DNA of 64,000 nucleotides from a virus: IMG/VR virus record IMGVR_UViG_3300018421_000015, positions 22,300 to 86,299 of that record. The stretch is one strand, 5' to 3'. This document shows positions 38,641 to 48,465 of this stretch, one piece after another. Within the stretch, counting starts at the first letter, position 1. The number at the start of each line of letters is the position of its first letter. The translations under genes were made by a program, and so were the position numbers. Below the pieces are notes generated by a model. It ran no database searches and had not been told where the DNA came from. It saw nothing but the letters and a program-made list of their open reading frames with translations.

Positions 38641-39464
38641 GCCTCACTCATTATGCTAAATGTATACTCATCGTGTTTGAACCCCCATCTTCCAGTAAAC
38701 TTTCTGTCTTCGGAAGAAAAACCACCTAAGACAGCATGGTAGCAGCAGAACGTATCAACAAAGACTAAATCACCTTGACTCCATGATAGGTAGTGAATCA
38801 CTTCAGGGTAGTCGTCCTGCACGGCATCTGACACACCTGGAATATCATCAAAGAATCTTTCTTCCTTTGCGGTCGGCTTTTTGCCATCAACGGAATGAAG
38901 ACAGTCACCCCCTCTTGGGCTAAGCCTTAAGCACATGTCGCCTGTTACCGGATGTTCTGCTATAGCAGATCTGATTTCGCTTGAAAAGGAATTTCCCTTT
39001 TCATCTGGATCACTAGATTTTACTTTAACTTCACATTTCTTTAAAAAATTTAATTGATCCGCTGATAGTAGATTAAGAATGTCGGCACTATCTATAAAAA
39101 TTGTTCTACCACTAGTGGTTTCGCATGAAAAGCTATGCATGTTCCAGCTTCCAATCACAGGAGGAGTACTAGACTGAATATGTTCTAGGTGCCAATCTAT
39201 TAAAAGTATATTAGGTTCATTTATTTTTTTAGAGGTAACGTGAGAATGATCTTCATCATAAGAGAAATCTAATATCTTGTTGTGCTCTGGTGCCGGAAAA
39301 TATCCCAGTCTGGAATGGAACTGTTGAGATATTAGCCTGTGCTGATCTTCTGTAATGTTTATTTTCTTGAACTGTAAAACTTTGTTTTGTTTAAATAAAT
39401 CTATATAATAATCTATATTTGACTCTAACTCATCATAAGATGTATCTATCTGAACTATGCGCAT
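38637..39464 (-). CDS. TauD/TfdA-family dioxygenase
   Basis: WHLE, GRTIFID, HPVTG, WSQGDLVFVD...YH...R. Confidence 0.85.
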   Translation of the reverse strand: MRIVQIDTSYDELESNIDYYIDLFKQNKVLQFKKINITEDQHRLISQQFHSRLGYFPAPEHNKILDFSYDEDHSHVTSKKINEPNILLIDWHLEHIQSSTPPVIGSWNMHSFSCETTSGRTIFIDSADILNLLSADQLNFLKKCEVKVKSSDPDEKGNSFSSEIRSAIAEHPVTGDMCLRLSPRGGDCLHSVDGKKPTAKEERFFDDIPGVSDAVQDDYPEVIHYLSWSQGDLVFVDTFCCYHAVLGGFSSEDRKFTGRWGFKHDEYTFSIMSEA

Positions 39465-40543
39465 GTTGTACTATATTCCTTTAAGGCTGTAACAATTCTT
39501 TTTACCTGATAAGTTTCAAGAGAAGGATATCCAGGTATACTAACCACTTCCTCGCAGCAGGCGCTGGTATTCTTTAGATGTATTTTATCATTATACCAAG
39601 CTGGCTGCAAATAATCTGGAGTAGGGTAATGGATAGCTGTACTGACACCCGCCTCACTCATGTAATGACAAAAGTCTATTCTATTTTTGACTCTTAAAAC
39701 ACTTAAATGAAATATACTAGTGGCGATGTTGCCAACCCAGGGTAAGTTGGGTAAAGAATTTTGATAAATCTCATTTAGTATTTTTCTTTTAGTATTATTG
39801 TTATCTAGTAACTGCAATTTTTCTACTAAACATGCGGCCTGAAACTCATCCATTCTTGAGTTTATTCCATCTTTGGTAGAAGCAACAAATCTATTAACCC
39901 ATCCATACTGTCTTAGGATTCTTACTTTTTCGGCTATTCCATAATCCGAAGTGCAAACTGCCCCTGCGTCACCATTTGATCCAAGATTTTTTGTTGGATA
40001 AAAACTGAAGGCTGAGCAGTCCCCCATAGAGCCAGCCCTTACTCCGTTAATTTCTGAACCGTGAGCTTGTGCACAGTCTTCTATTATCATGATATTACCT
40101 GGAAGATTTTTCCTAATTGCTTCCACGTCAACACATTGACCATATAAGTGAGTTATGATAATAGCTTTAGTTTTATCTGTTAAACTTAAATTAATCATCT
40201 CGGGTTCGATAAGGCAGTGTTCATCAACATCTATATAAATAGGAGTTGCTCCCAGCCTGGATATAGCTAAACTTGAATACCCCCCAGCGTTTGCTACGGT
40301 CATAACTTCATCGCCAGCAGTAACGCCACATGCAGCTAGACATATTTGAATGGCATCTGTTCCATTTGCTAACCCGCAACAGTATTTAGTTCCAATATAA
40401 TCAGAAAACATAGATTCAAATTGATATACATATTTAGAATTTAAATATAATCCTGAATCTATAATATTAAATATGTTAATCTTTATCTTATCTTCTACGG
40501 ATTGAAAATCTTTCCTAGGATTATGTAACGGTATCAACTCCAT
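39455..40543 (-). CDS. DegT/DnrJ/EryC1/StrS PLP-dependent sugar aminotransferase
   Basis: ANGTDA, HLYGQ, IEDCAQAHG, SFYPTKNLG..GDAG, NSRMDEFQAA. Start set at ATG 40543. Confidence 0.93.
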   Translation of the reverse strand: MELIPLHNPRKDFQSVEDKIKINIFNIIDSGLYLNSKYVYQFESMFSDYIGTKYCCGLANGTDAIQICLAACGVTAGDEVMTVANAGGYSSLAISRLGATPIYIDVDEHCLIEPEMINLSLTDKTKAIIITHLYGQCVDVEAIRKNLPGNIMIIEDCAQAHGSEINGVRAGSMGDCSAFSFYPTKNLGSNGDAGAVCTSDYGIAEKVRILRQYGWVNRFVASTKDGINSRMDEFQAACLVEKLQLLDNNNTKRKILNEIYQNSLPNLPWVGNIATSIFHLSVLRVKNRIDFCHYMSEAGVSTAIHYPTPDYLQPAWYNDKIHLKNTSACCEEVVSIPGYPSLETYQVKRIVTALKEYSTTCA

Positions 40544-40547
40544 ATAT

Positions 40548-41366
40548 TTAAAGGTTACCCCATTTGTGGTGGGGCACTGTGAATCCGCCCTGAAGCCTAG
40601 TAAAGACTCTTTCGCCATCTTTCCACCCGGAAGAATATGTGTGCAATAAGTTTGTATTATCCCATATGATAGCTTTACCTTCTTGCCATTCCCAGGTGAT
40701 CCAATTTGAATTGTCATGAAAGTAGTCATCGATAAACTCTTCATACTCTGACTCCAAGGACATATCTTCAGCAATAACCTTGTGTTTATAGCTAGTGAAA
40801 GCAAAGTTATCTATTCCGGTAACTGGGTGACTTATTATTCCTGGCATGTTTCTTAGGGGCCATCTTTTTCCACCCCAGTCTATACCGTTAACTCCACCAG
40901 TATCTTTTTCACCGATTAAGCCTACGACATGTATTTGCTTCATCCATTCCCTTATATGATCTGGAGTTTGCTGTAACATTTTTTCTCTGTCTAAGAAAAA
41001 AGTTTTACCATACTCACCTGAACACGTGAAGACGTCCATGACCATGCCTATCAATCGACATACTGCCAGGTTAGGGTTAGCTACTTCAGCGATATCGGAG
41101 TGAATGTTATACCAAATAAAATCTTTATGTTCGTTTTCGTAACCTTCAGGAGCAATCCTCTCTTGTCCATTGTGCTGATTATTTGGACTGACGACAACCT
41201 GATTTGCTTCGCAATCTGCCATGTGCATTATTAAGGTATTTAATCCAACTTCATTAAATACACTAAATTTGTTGAAGCCAATTATTTTTTCCTCGATAAA
41301 TAAGTTCCTAAGATAATCTATCTTATGAGGTATGTCATCATCTTTTAATTCATCTAAAACTATCAT
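40548..41366 (-). CDS. TauD/TfdA-family dioxygenase
   Basis: HSD, GKTFFLD, HPVTG, WQEG..IIWDN...H...R. Confidence 0.85.
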   Translation of the reverse strand: MIVLDELKDDDIPHKIDYLRNLFIEEKIIGFNKFSVFNEVGLNTLIMHMADCEANQVVVSPNNQHNGQERIAPEGYENEHKDFIWYNIHSDIAEVANPNLAVCRLIGMVMDVFTCSGEYGKTFFLDREKMLQQTPDHIREWMKQIHVVGLIGEKDTGGVNGIDWGGKRWPLRNMPGIISHPVTGIDNFAFTSYKHKVIAEDMSLESEYEEFIDDYFHDNSNWITWEWQEGKAIIWDNTNLLHTYSSGWKDGERVFTRLQGGFTVPHHKWGNL

Positions 41367-42139
41367 AACTCTTTAAGACCAACTTTCTGAGAGTCAGATA
41401 TTAGGTCTGGCATCCAGATCTTATACGGATTGTCTGATCCTATATATTCCTGATCGTTAGAGAAATCGACACCATAACATGCCATAGTTAAAAATGCATA
41501 TCGGGCCCCTTCAGTCACGGGGAACACTTCATGTCTTCCAATATAGTTAGAAGGATATATTAAAACAGTTCCAGCCTTAGGCGCATAGACTGTTCCTATA
41601 TTGGGGAAGTGCATTTCTCCACCCTGGTAATCTTCGCCACAGTTATTCAGATACAAATTGACACTAGTACTATTGTGCATGGAAACTTGATTTTGTGGAC
41701 GAGTGCCCCAATCCCATGGTACCTGATCATCACAATGCGGACCTATATGTTGACCATCCTCGTAGCCAGCAATATGGCCTCTGGGTCTCCACCAGGCAGT
41801 CGTAGCAGCGTCGGGGAAATAAGCGCAGTACTCAACCAGGGCATCATAAATTGCGTCTTCGCATTGCTGAACAAACTCCACCCATTCAGGTTTAGGTTCA
41901 CGGCCTACTTGCTCACCTTTTAGATCTAAAAATCTTTGAGGTGCTAACTGAACATCGTCTACCTTAAACTTGAATCCAGTCTTATTCTTGGCATATTTGA
42001 TACCGTCTTCTTCATAGTAAGTAAAACTATCTTCCTCATTTTTCTTAAGCCAAGATGTATACTCCATAAGTAGGTTGTTGTCTATTTTTATAACGTCTTC
42101 GCATGCGACGATTCCCATTCCTAAGTGTTCTGATTTCAC
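41363..42139 (-). CDS. 2OG-Fe(II) oxygenase (tandem paralogue 4)
   Basis: WWRPRGH...HCD...GGE..F...HEV...R. Confidence 0.9.
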   Translation of the reverse strand: MKSEHLGMGIVACEDVIKIDNNLLMEYTSWLKKNEEDSFTYYEEDGIKYAKNKTGFKFKVDDVQLAPQRFLDLKGEQVGREPKPEWVEFVQQCEDAIYDALVEYCAYFPDAATTAWWRPRGHIAGYEDGQHIGPHCDDQVPWDWGTRPQNQVSMHNSTSVNLYLNNCGEDYQGGEMHFPNIGTVYAPKAGTVLIYPSNYIGRHEVFPVTEGARYAFLTMACYGVDFSNDQEYIGSDNPYKIWMPDLISDSQKVGLKEL

Positions 42140-42148
42140 AATATTCCT

Positions 42149-43030
42149 TTACGTATTTAAATTTGTTACCTTATATTGATCTGAACTTGTGTCATAGCCC
42201 TTTTCTTGCAGGTAAGATCTGTAATCTTCTCTCAAAGTAGGTAGGTAAACATTGGTACTAATTCTACCCAACTCTGGCTCTTTAACTGGGTCACATACAG
42301 CTTCATACACATCTGAATTAGGTGTACCTTGACTATACCACCCCAAGTAACTGACCCTATGCCCTTTCCCTACTGGCTTAACCTCGTGTGCAGCCATATA
42401 ATTTGAAGGAAACATCATAATATCTCCGGCCTGCGGTTTATAGTCTATATTTAAATAGTTGAAGTAATGATGACCTTCGGTAAAGTTATTCTCGCTTAAT
42501 TCATCTTCTGAATCAACAGAATCATTTACATATACTATGCAAGATATCACATTGCGTAAAGCTAACTCATTAGATGTTTGGTGGACTCCGTAAATATACT
42601 CTGCACTTATATCAGAATGCGAACCCAGGTAAACGCCATCCTTGTACGATACAACATGACCCTTGACCTTCCACCATACACAGTTGTATGCTAGGGGAAA
42701 TAGTTCAAAATATTTAAGTAAGTATCTATCTTTAGACTGCTCTAAAAAATCAAATAATGTATGAACTTCCTCCCTACCATCTTGATGCATCATAGATGCT
42801 CTTCTGGGCATTGCGTCAACTGACTGCTTACTAAACAGGTAGCCACTCTTATTTATGTAAGCTTCCTCACCAGTCTCGGGATCAATAGTTAACTTATACA
42901 TATCGGCGTGCTCTTCATCAAGAGCCCTACAGAATATCTCGTAGGTCCAGTCATAATCATAGCTTACAGCCCCCCTAAATATGACTACACCTCCACCAAG
43001 ATGCTCCGCATCTACATCATTGAAAATCAA
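42149..43030 (-). CDS. 2OG-Fe(II) oxygenase (tandem paralogue 3)
   Basis: WWKVKGH...HSD...FPSNYMAAHEV...R. Confidence 0.9.
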   Translation of the reverse strand: MIFNDVDAEHLGGGVVIFRGAVSYDYDWTYEIFCRALDEEHADMYKLTIDPETGEEAYINKSGYLFSKQSVDAMPRRASMMHQDGREEVHTLFDFLEQSKDRYLLKYFELFPLAYNCVWWKVKGHVVSYKDGVYLGSHSDISAEYIYGVHQTSNELALRNVISCIVYVNDSVDSEDELSENNFTEGHHYFNYLNIDYKPQAGDIMMFPSNYMAAHEVKPVGKGHRVSYLGWYSQGTPNSDVYEAVCDPVKEPELGRISTNVYLPTLREDYRSYLQEKGYDTSSDQYKVTNLNT

Positions 43031-43914
43031 CTGCTTACCTCTTCTTTTGTATTGGAACTATGAAAAATTCTATTTACAGGGAGAAGTTTATGTTCATCAT
43101 AATTTTCTCCATAGTATTCTATCACATAATTCTTATAGTCGCTAAATAGGTTTGGCATCCAGGTTTGACCACTAGTTTTACCTGGACTAGGTTCGGAAAC
43201 ATTCACACCCCTATCTGGATCAGATGACCCCTGACCAAAGTATTCTAGAAAAGCATACCTATTGCCTAGAGAAACACCAGCTACTTGATGAGTGCACATA
43301 TAATTTGCTGGAAACATAAGGATATCACCCTTACTTGGAACATATGTTACTCCAGCGTAGGGGAAGTGTATCTCTCCACCAACAAAGTTGTTTCCTTCAA
43401 TTGTATTTTTTGAAGAATTAAAATATGTAATAGCGGCTAACACATGCCTAATACCAAGTTGAAAATCTGGTTCAAATCCAGGAGAAAAGTTGATATCATT
43501 ATCGCAATGAAGCCCTAAGTCTGAGCCGGGCCCATAAGCTAAAACATGACCGTGAGTTTTCCACCATAAACATGGAAGAACCATAGGATATATTGATGCA
43601 TACTCGATCATAGATTGATATATTGCTAGTTCACATTCCCTAAAGAAAGAAGTCTGCCAATCTTCAGTGCAAGATGAGTAGAAATCTGTGATTCTACTAC
43701 AATTTTTATCTATATCCTCAAGCTTAAACCTATGACCGCTTTTATTTGTAGCATAGAGAACATGACCTTCGTCATCATAAACGTACGAATAGTGTTTTTT
43801 TCTCGCCTCTTTTTTTAGAGACAAAAGAAAATCTGCTAGTCCATCAGGTACATTGATTTTATTTTTAAATAAAACTATACCAGAACCCAGTAGCTCTGCG
43901 CCTATGGGTAACAT
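43027..43914 (-). CDS. 2OG-Fe(II) oxygenase (tandem paralogue 2)
   Basis: WWKTHGH...HCD...FPANYMCTHQV...R. Confidence 0.9.
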   Translation of the reverse strand: MLPIGAELLGSGIVLFKNKINVPDGLADFLLSLKKEARKKHYSYVYDDEGHVLYATNKSGHRFKLEDIDKNCSRITDFYSSCTEDWQTSFFRECELAIYQSMIEYASIYPMVLPCLWWKTHGHVLAYGPGSDLGLHCDNDINFSPGFEPDFQLGIRHVLAAITYFNSSKNTIEGNNFVGGEIHFPYAGVTYVPSKGDILMFPANYMCTHQVAGVSLGNRYAFLEYFGQGSSDPDRGVNVSEPSPGKTSGQTWMPNLFSDYKNYVIEYYGENYDEHKLLPVNRIFHSSNTKEEVSS

Positions 43915-43916
43915 GA

Positions 43917-45032
43917 TTACCCCTGATCTATAGCTACTGGATCAGTTCCACAGTTTGCTGAATCACCTGTGTCCAAAGACTCCGCTTCGTGTGTTTCTCC
44001 GTACTGAGCTACGCATCTGCCTTGATAAACCGGGTTAAGACCTATGTAAGTTTCCTCTCCCGTAGTAAACCTAGAGTATTCCGATTTACAATATCTCTCA
44101 TAATCATCATATATTGTATTCATCCACATAGCTGGGCACCACTGTATCGAATCTTGTGGTTCGACTATCTGGATATTTGCTTCTGCGTGACCGGAGCCCT
44201 GACCGAAGAAAGATAGATAACTATAACGAACACCTCCGGTCATTCTGTCAACCTCATGTGAAGCCATATAATTAGTTGGAAAAAATACTATATCACCTTT
44301 TTGTGGCTTGTATTCAACATCTAGGTGGAAAAATCTAAGATGACCACCCATAAAAGTATTTCTACCATCCATCTCTTCTTCTGTGTCTACACAATCATTG
44401 AGGTAAACTAACGCACCACATGTTTGTCTAGCAGCCATTTGGCCTCTTGGCATGTATCGAACGCCTTCGGTCACTTTATAGTTTGTATCATTATCGCAGT
44501 GTGCTCCAAGGACACCATCACCCTCGTATCTTAATATATGGCCACGATTTCTCCACCACAAGCAGCCGACTATTAAAGGATAATAATCAGTGTATTTAAT
44601 CAGGCACTTGTAAATCGTATCTTCCATATTGTAAAAGAAGTCACGAACAACGTCTGGGGTTTCATCATGAATAGGATGAAGAATTCTTACCGGAGTTGCA
44701 GGAATATCTTCTGGTCTATACCTAAACCCATCTTCATTGATACCATAGGTTTCACCATCTTCAGCCTCAATATATTCCCACCTATGATGATGAGATATAG
44801 AAGCCATGTGGTCTAAATAATCAAAAACTGGTTCTCTATCGAACTTAAGAACATCTTTAAACACTAGAATACCCGGACCAATTACATCAACTTTGTAGCC
44901 TGATATTTCCTTAATATCTTCATCGGTTAATTTTGGTGTGTCAGGAAAAGCTGTATTAGCAACGTATCTTTTACCGACTTCATTTTCACTGGCTGGATCA
45001 AAAGTCTGATCCTCTAAAACATCATTAGACAT
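43917..45032 (-). CDS. 2OG-Fe(II) oxygenase (tandem paralogue 1)
   Basis: WWRNRGH...HCD...FPTNYMASHEV...R. Confidence 0.9.
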   Translation of the reverse strand: MSNDVLEDQTFDPASENEVGKRYVANTAFPDTPKLTDEDIKEISGYKVDVIGPGILVFKDVLKFDREPVFDYLDHMASISHHHRWEYIEAEDGETYGINEDGFRYRPEDIPATPVRILHPIHDETPDVVRDFFYNMEDTIYKCLIKYTDYYPLIVGCLWWRNRGHILRYEGDGVLGAHCDNDTNYKVTEGVRYMPRGQMAARQTCGALVYLNDCVDTEEEMDGRNTFMGGHLRFFHLDVEYKPQKGDIVFFPTNYMASHEVDRMTGGVRYSYLSFFGQGSGHAEANIQIVEPQDSIQWCPAMWMNTIYDDYERYCKSEYSRFTTGEETYIGLNPVYQGRCVAQYGETHEAESLDTGDSANCGTDPVAIDQG

Positions 45033-45055
45033 TATAACCTCTTTCTACATTAAAC

Positions 45056-45066
45056 ATTATACCACA
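45056..45066 (-). promoter_or_regulatory. extended -10 promoter
   Basis: TGTGGTATAAT upstream of 45032 (GAGGT RBS). Confidence 0.65.
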
Positions 45067-45081
45067 CAGAAAAGTAGCTAT

Positions 45082-45828
45082 CTATTTCTTTATGCAGATT
45101 TGATACCCAATACCATTAGGCATGTGGTAGGTTGTTATGTCATTTCTTCCTAAAATGGTTTCAAAAATTTCAACTATTGGCTCCACATAAAAGTCATCGG
45201 TATATAATCTACCTGACTCATTAGCGTAGGCAACATACAGAACTCCACCCGGGTTTAATCTATCTATGTAGGCATTTAGCAATTCATCGTCATTAACTAT
45301 AAAATAAGTTGGAACTATTACCATATCATATGTCCCAGAAAAGCTTTGATCCAATATGTCGCTGGAGTCGACAGTGCTATATGGGTATGTGGGTGTGTGC
45401 GAACTAGCATCTCTGACAAAACTCTCATAGTAGTATAGCGCTTCATTGTTTATGAATGTTATATTAGCGCCCCTATCAGCAAGAAGCGCTGAAACCTTGA
45501 AGTAGGCATCGGCTTCACAAATTAGGACCTCAGATGGATTAAGCATATCTATTACCATTTCTGCGTATATGCCCATAGCTAACTCCATATGATCTTTCCA
45601 TCCATCTACATTTGGAGAAAATATATCCCATAGATTTATTCTTGGCTCCGCACCTGTTGCTATAACTCTTCTATCAATATTTGATGAAGCTACAAATTCT
45701 GAAACAGATCTTGCGACGTCTTGTATAACCTCCCAAGGGTCATAGTCCAAAGAGGAAGAAGAGTTTTTCTTTAGCTGATTAGTGACAGCAGCCATCATTA
45801 AGAATTTATTATTTAATACTTCACGCAT
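45082..45828 (-). CDS. Rossmann-fold methyltransferase-like protein (degenerate)
   Basis: YDMVIV...LNPGGVLYV. No clear GxG motif I. Confidence 0.6.
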   Translation of the reverse strand: MREVLNNKFLMMAAVTNQLKKNSSSSLDYDPWEVIQDVARSVSEFVASSNIDRRVIATGAEPRINLWDIFSPNVDGWKDHMELAMGIYAEMVIDMLNPSEVLICEADAYFKVSALLADRGANITFINNEALYYYESFVRDASSHTPTYPYSTVDSSDILDQSFSGTYDMVIVPTYFIVNDDELLNAYIDRLNPGGVLYVAYANESGRLYTDDFYVEPIVEIFETILGRNDITTYHMPNGIGYQICIKK

Positions 45829-46144
45829 TATCTCTAACCGCCTTAGCTACATTGTACCTATACCAATGCCTTCTTGCACTGGAGACCAACCTAATATTCA
45901 AGGCATTAAGTTCTGTGCCCCCAGCAGTAATAGTGTAGACACCATTATCCATATCTAACCTAGTAAAAGGTATGGTACCTCTTACGCCTGCGACTATTTC
46001 ATCTATGGTAAGCTCTGAAATATCTACATCTGACATACCTATGTAGGCAAGTATTTCGTATATTTTATCTTCACAATAGGAAATTTCTGCATCAGCGTTA
46101 TAGGTGTTAGTGGGACTTGCGGGATCGTAGGATCTTAATGTCAC
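45821..46144 (-). CDS. hypothetical protein
   Basis: ORF track. Coupled. Confidence 0.7.
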   Translation of the reverse strand: MTLRSYDPASPTNTYNADAEISYCEDKIYEILAYIGMSDVDISELTIDEIVAGVRGTIPFTRLDMDNGVYTITAGGTELNALNIRLVSSARRHWYRYNVAKAVRDNA

Positions 46145-46398
46145 AGGAATCTCCTATCATCTATAGTTTCTTTGTCATCTATAACTTCCCCAGAATCAAA
46201 TCTTACACAGTTAAAGAAGCTTGAGTCATCAGTTACCCAGGCTAAATTGCTTGGATTAAATCTTATAGTTCTGTTTTGTAGTTCGTTTTTATCTATTGGA
46301 TCCATAGAGTTTTCTGACTGACCGTACAACTCTTCACTCGCCCCACTTGCTCTAGCCATAGACTCTAATGTGTAGTTTGTCTTAAGTATCTTTTCCAT
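46141..46398 (-). CDS. hypothetical protein
   Basis: ORF track. Coupled. Confidence 0.7.
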   Translation of the reverse strand: MEKILKTNYTLESMARASGASEELYGQSENSMDPIDKNELQNRTIRFNPSNLAWVTDDSSFFNCVRFDSGEVIDDKETIDDRRFL

Positions 46399-46402
46399 TA
46401 TA

Positions 46403-46603
46403 TCAAACCAATAAAGATTGCAGATTATTGTACATAGAGACTAAAGAAACATAAGCCTTGTAGTCTAAATGATCTTCCGTAACCGGTATCTCGTAATCGG
46501 AACCAAGTTCTTCGGCGCTTACACCTAGCGCCATACGCAATGAAGAAATTGATACCTCTAATAGATCAATACTCTTCTGTCTAGATTTATCTGAAATAGC
46601 CAT
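46403..46603 (-). CDS. small hypothetical protein
   Basis: AGGAG RBS before ATG 46603. Confidence 0.7.
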   Translation of the reverse strand: MAISDKSRQKSIDLLEVSISSLRMALGVSAEELGSDYEIPVTEDHLDYKAYVSLVSMYNNLQSLLV

Positions 46604-46619
46604 TAAAACTCCTTTATAA

Positions 46620-47531
46620 TTATAATCTAGATAATACAGCCTTGTAATCATGGGCAAATGTGATTAATTCCATTATACCCTTGCACCAAGCAGTGAATTC
46701 TGCGGGACACTCTGGCTCTTCTACATTTATCTGACAATCGCCAGTTTTAATCTGCTGAGCTAAAGATTGATCCGGTAAAGACATCAACGCACCAACTACC
46801 TCATCGGTTGATTCGTTTAAATAATTTAAGCCTAGCGCATTTAAAAAATCATTAGCCATAACAGCCATATACTCATCATAACCATGCTCATTGTAAGCCC
46901 ATTGCCACTCAAGGAGAGTTTTAAATAACTCATGCATAGTCGGGTTTACACAATATGGAGAAGATGTAATCATGGTTTCATAATAATGTCTAGAATCAAA
47001 GTCCATAAAGGGTCTACTTATATTTGTATAAATTAATGAACCTATTCCACGTACATCAAGATAAGATTCATGCTCAGTTATAACTGCTAGTATATTTTCT
47101 TCTACATCTTTTCCAGAAGTGTGATCAAGATTATTGTCAACAAAATAATCACCAGGAGTATAAGAATCAAGACCATCAACCCTATAAACTTCAGAGATCA
47201 TATTCTGATAGAAGCCTTCATCTACATCGCATGACATAAAATCTCTATTGTTCTGCAGTGTCCAAAGATTACTCTCAACACCTACAGGGCTAGACTTAAA
47301 AAATCTTACCTCTTTTTTAAATCTATCCCCATCTTTTACCGGATTAATGGTATCACTTCCACGAGTCATAAACAAAGAAGATGTAATCATTGGATACAGC
47401 AGAGGTGTTTCTGATCCTTCTGGAGCAATAAACCAAGCTGGATCTATGCCTTTTAAAGCGCATGAATCTAATATTTTATTTTTAAGAACATCTATCTTAC
47501 TGGTTAGAAGTTTTGTGGCTAACGTTGACAT
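46620..47531 (-). CDS. hypothetical protein
   Basis: GGAGG RBS. TTACTAGTATA variant motif upstream. Confidence 0.75.
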   Translation of the reverse strand: MSTLATKLLTSKIDVLKNKILDSCALKGIDPAWFIAPEGSETPLLYPMITSSLFMTRGSDTINPVKDGDRFKKEVRFFKSSPVGVESNLWTLQNNRDFMSCDVDEGFYQNMISEVYRVDGLDSYTPGDYFVDNNLDHTSGKDVEENILAVITEHESYLDVRGIGSLIYTNISRPFMDFDSRHYYETMITSSPYCVNPTMHELFKTLLEWQWAYNEHGYDEYMAVMANDFLNALGLNYLNESTDEVVGALMSLPDQSLAQQIKTGDCQINVEEPECPAEFTAWCKGIMELITFAHDYKAVLSRL

Positions 47532-47560
47532 GATTACCTCCATGTATACTAGTAACTTAA

Positions 47561-48181
47561 TTAGCCCAATATCTCATTTATGCACTCTCTAACTGTCCAG
47601 CTTTCACCGGTTGTAAGAGGCACTGTATCGAGTGGCATTGATTGCCAATTAAATCTTCCAATCATAGTTCCTGATCTACCGACAACAAACATCTCCCAGG
47701 CATGAGGTATTCTAGCCAGGGCTGCACCTTCCTGATTCCATCCATCTTGCGCTTCCTGAGAGTTGTCGGCCATGTTGTCAGACTTGTTTCTTAGAGCTTT
47801 ACCCTTCAATAGGGAATAAACTTCACATTCATCTGGCCCATTAACATCAACCTTTTCAGCTATAGGAAAAGTAACGAAAGGATATGTTTCTTTCATGAAG
47901 GAACTTATCTCCTCATTTGTACCAGTTTCCATTAGACCCTGAACAAACTGATTACAGGGAAATGCAACTACGCTAAACCCTCTATTCTCAAACTCTTCTT
48001 GTAGCTTTTGCAGCTGCCAGAAATGCCTAACAGATCTTGCGTATGACCAGAAGGTGGAGCACTGTGGTGTGTAGTTATACTTAGAAACTGTATTAACTAT
48101 AAGAGTAACTTTACCCTTGAATTGCTCCATAAAATTATCTTCGCCATCTATTGACTTAACTGGCACATCGTAAATAGACAT
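47561..48181 (-). CDS. Glutathione peroxidase-family protein (atypical)
   Basis: GKVTLIVN, GFSVVAFPCNQF, TFPI..KVDVNG. The canonical Cys position reads Tyr. Confidence 0.88.
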   Translation of the reverse strand: MSIYDVPVKSIDGEDNFMEQFKGKVTLIVNTVSKYNYTPQCSTFWSYARSVRHFWQLQKLQEEFENRGFSVVAFPCNQFVQGLMETGTNEEISSFMKETYPFVTFPIAEKVDVNGPDECEVYSLLKGKALRNKSDNMADNSQEAQDGWNQEGAALARIPHAWEMFVVGRSGTMIGRFNWQSMPLDTVPLTTGESWTVRECINEILG

Positions 48182-48465
48182 TATATTACCTCACACTTTG
48201 CTTCAATATATACCTGTTCCAAAAGTGGATCTTCCACCTTTATTACACTGCTATCGCTACCTAGGGAAAAGATTAACCTACAATCAAAAGGAACGGTCAG
48301 ATCCCCTTCTGCCAACAAGCCCTTTTCATCATTAAAAACTATATTTAAATCTGCAGAACCTTTAAATATAGATAAGGTTAACTCAGTATCACTTTTCTTC
48401 TCAATAGAAAACTCTTCATCACCAAGCGGCGTAACTACTTTCATCTTAGATGGGATGCTATCCAT
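48181..48465 (-). CDS. hypothetical protein
   Basis: ORF track. GAGGT RBS. Confidence 0.65.
   Translation of the reverse strand: MDSIPSKMKVVTPLGDEEFSIEKKSDTELTLSIFKGSADLNIVFNDEKGLLAEGDLTVPFDCRLIFSLGSDSSVIKVEDPLLEQVYIEAKCEVI

Noticed and set aside
40544-40804. 87-aa N-terminal extension of the DegT aminotransferase in the ORF track
   Set aside because: It overlaps the TauD gene in another frame. Homology begins at MELIP (ATG 40543).
48061-48100. Selenocysteine in the GPx
   Set aside because: The codon at the catalytic position is TAT, not TGA.
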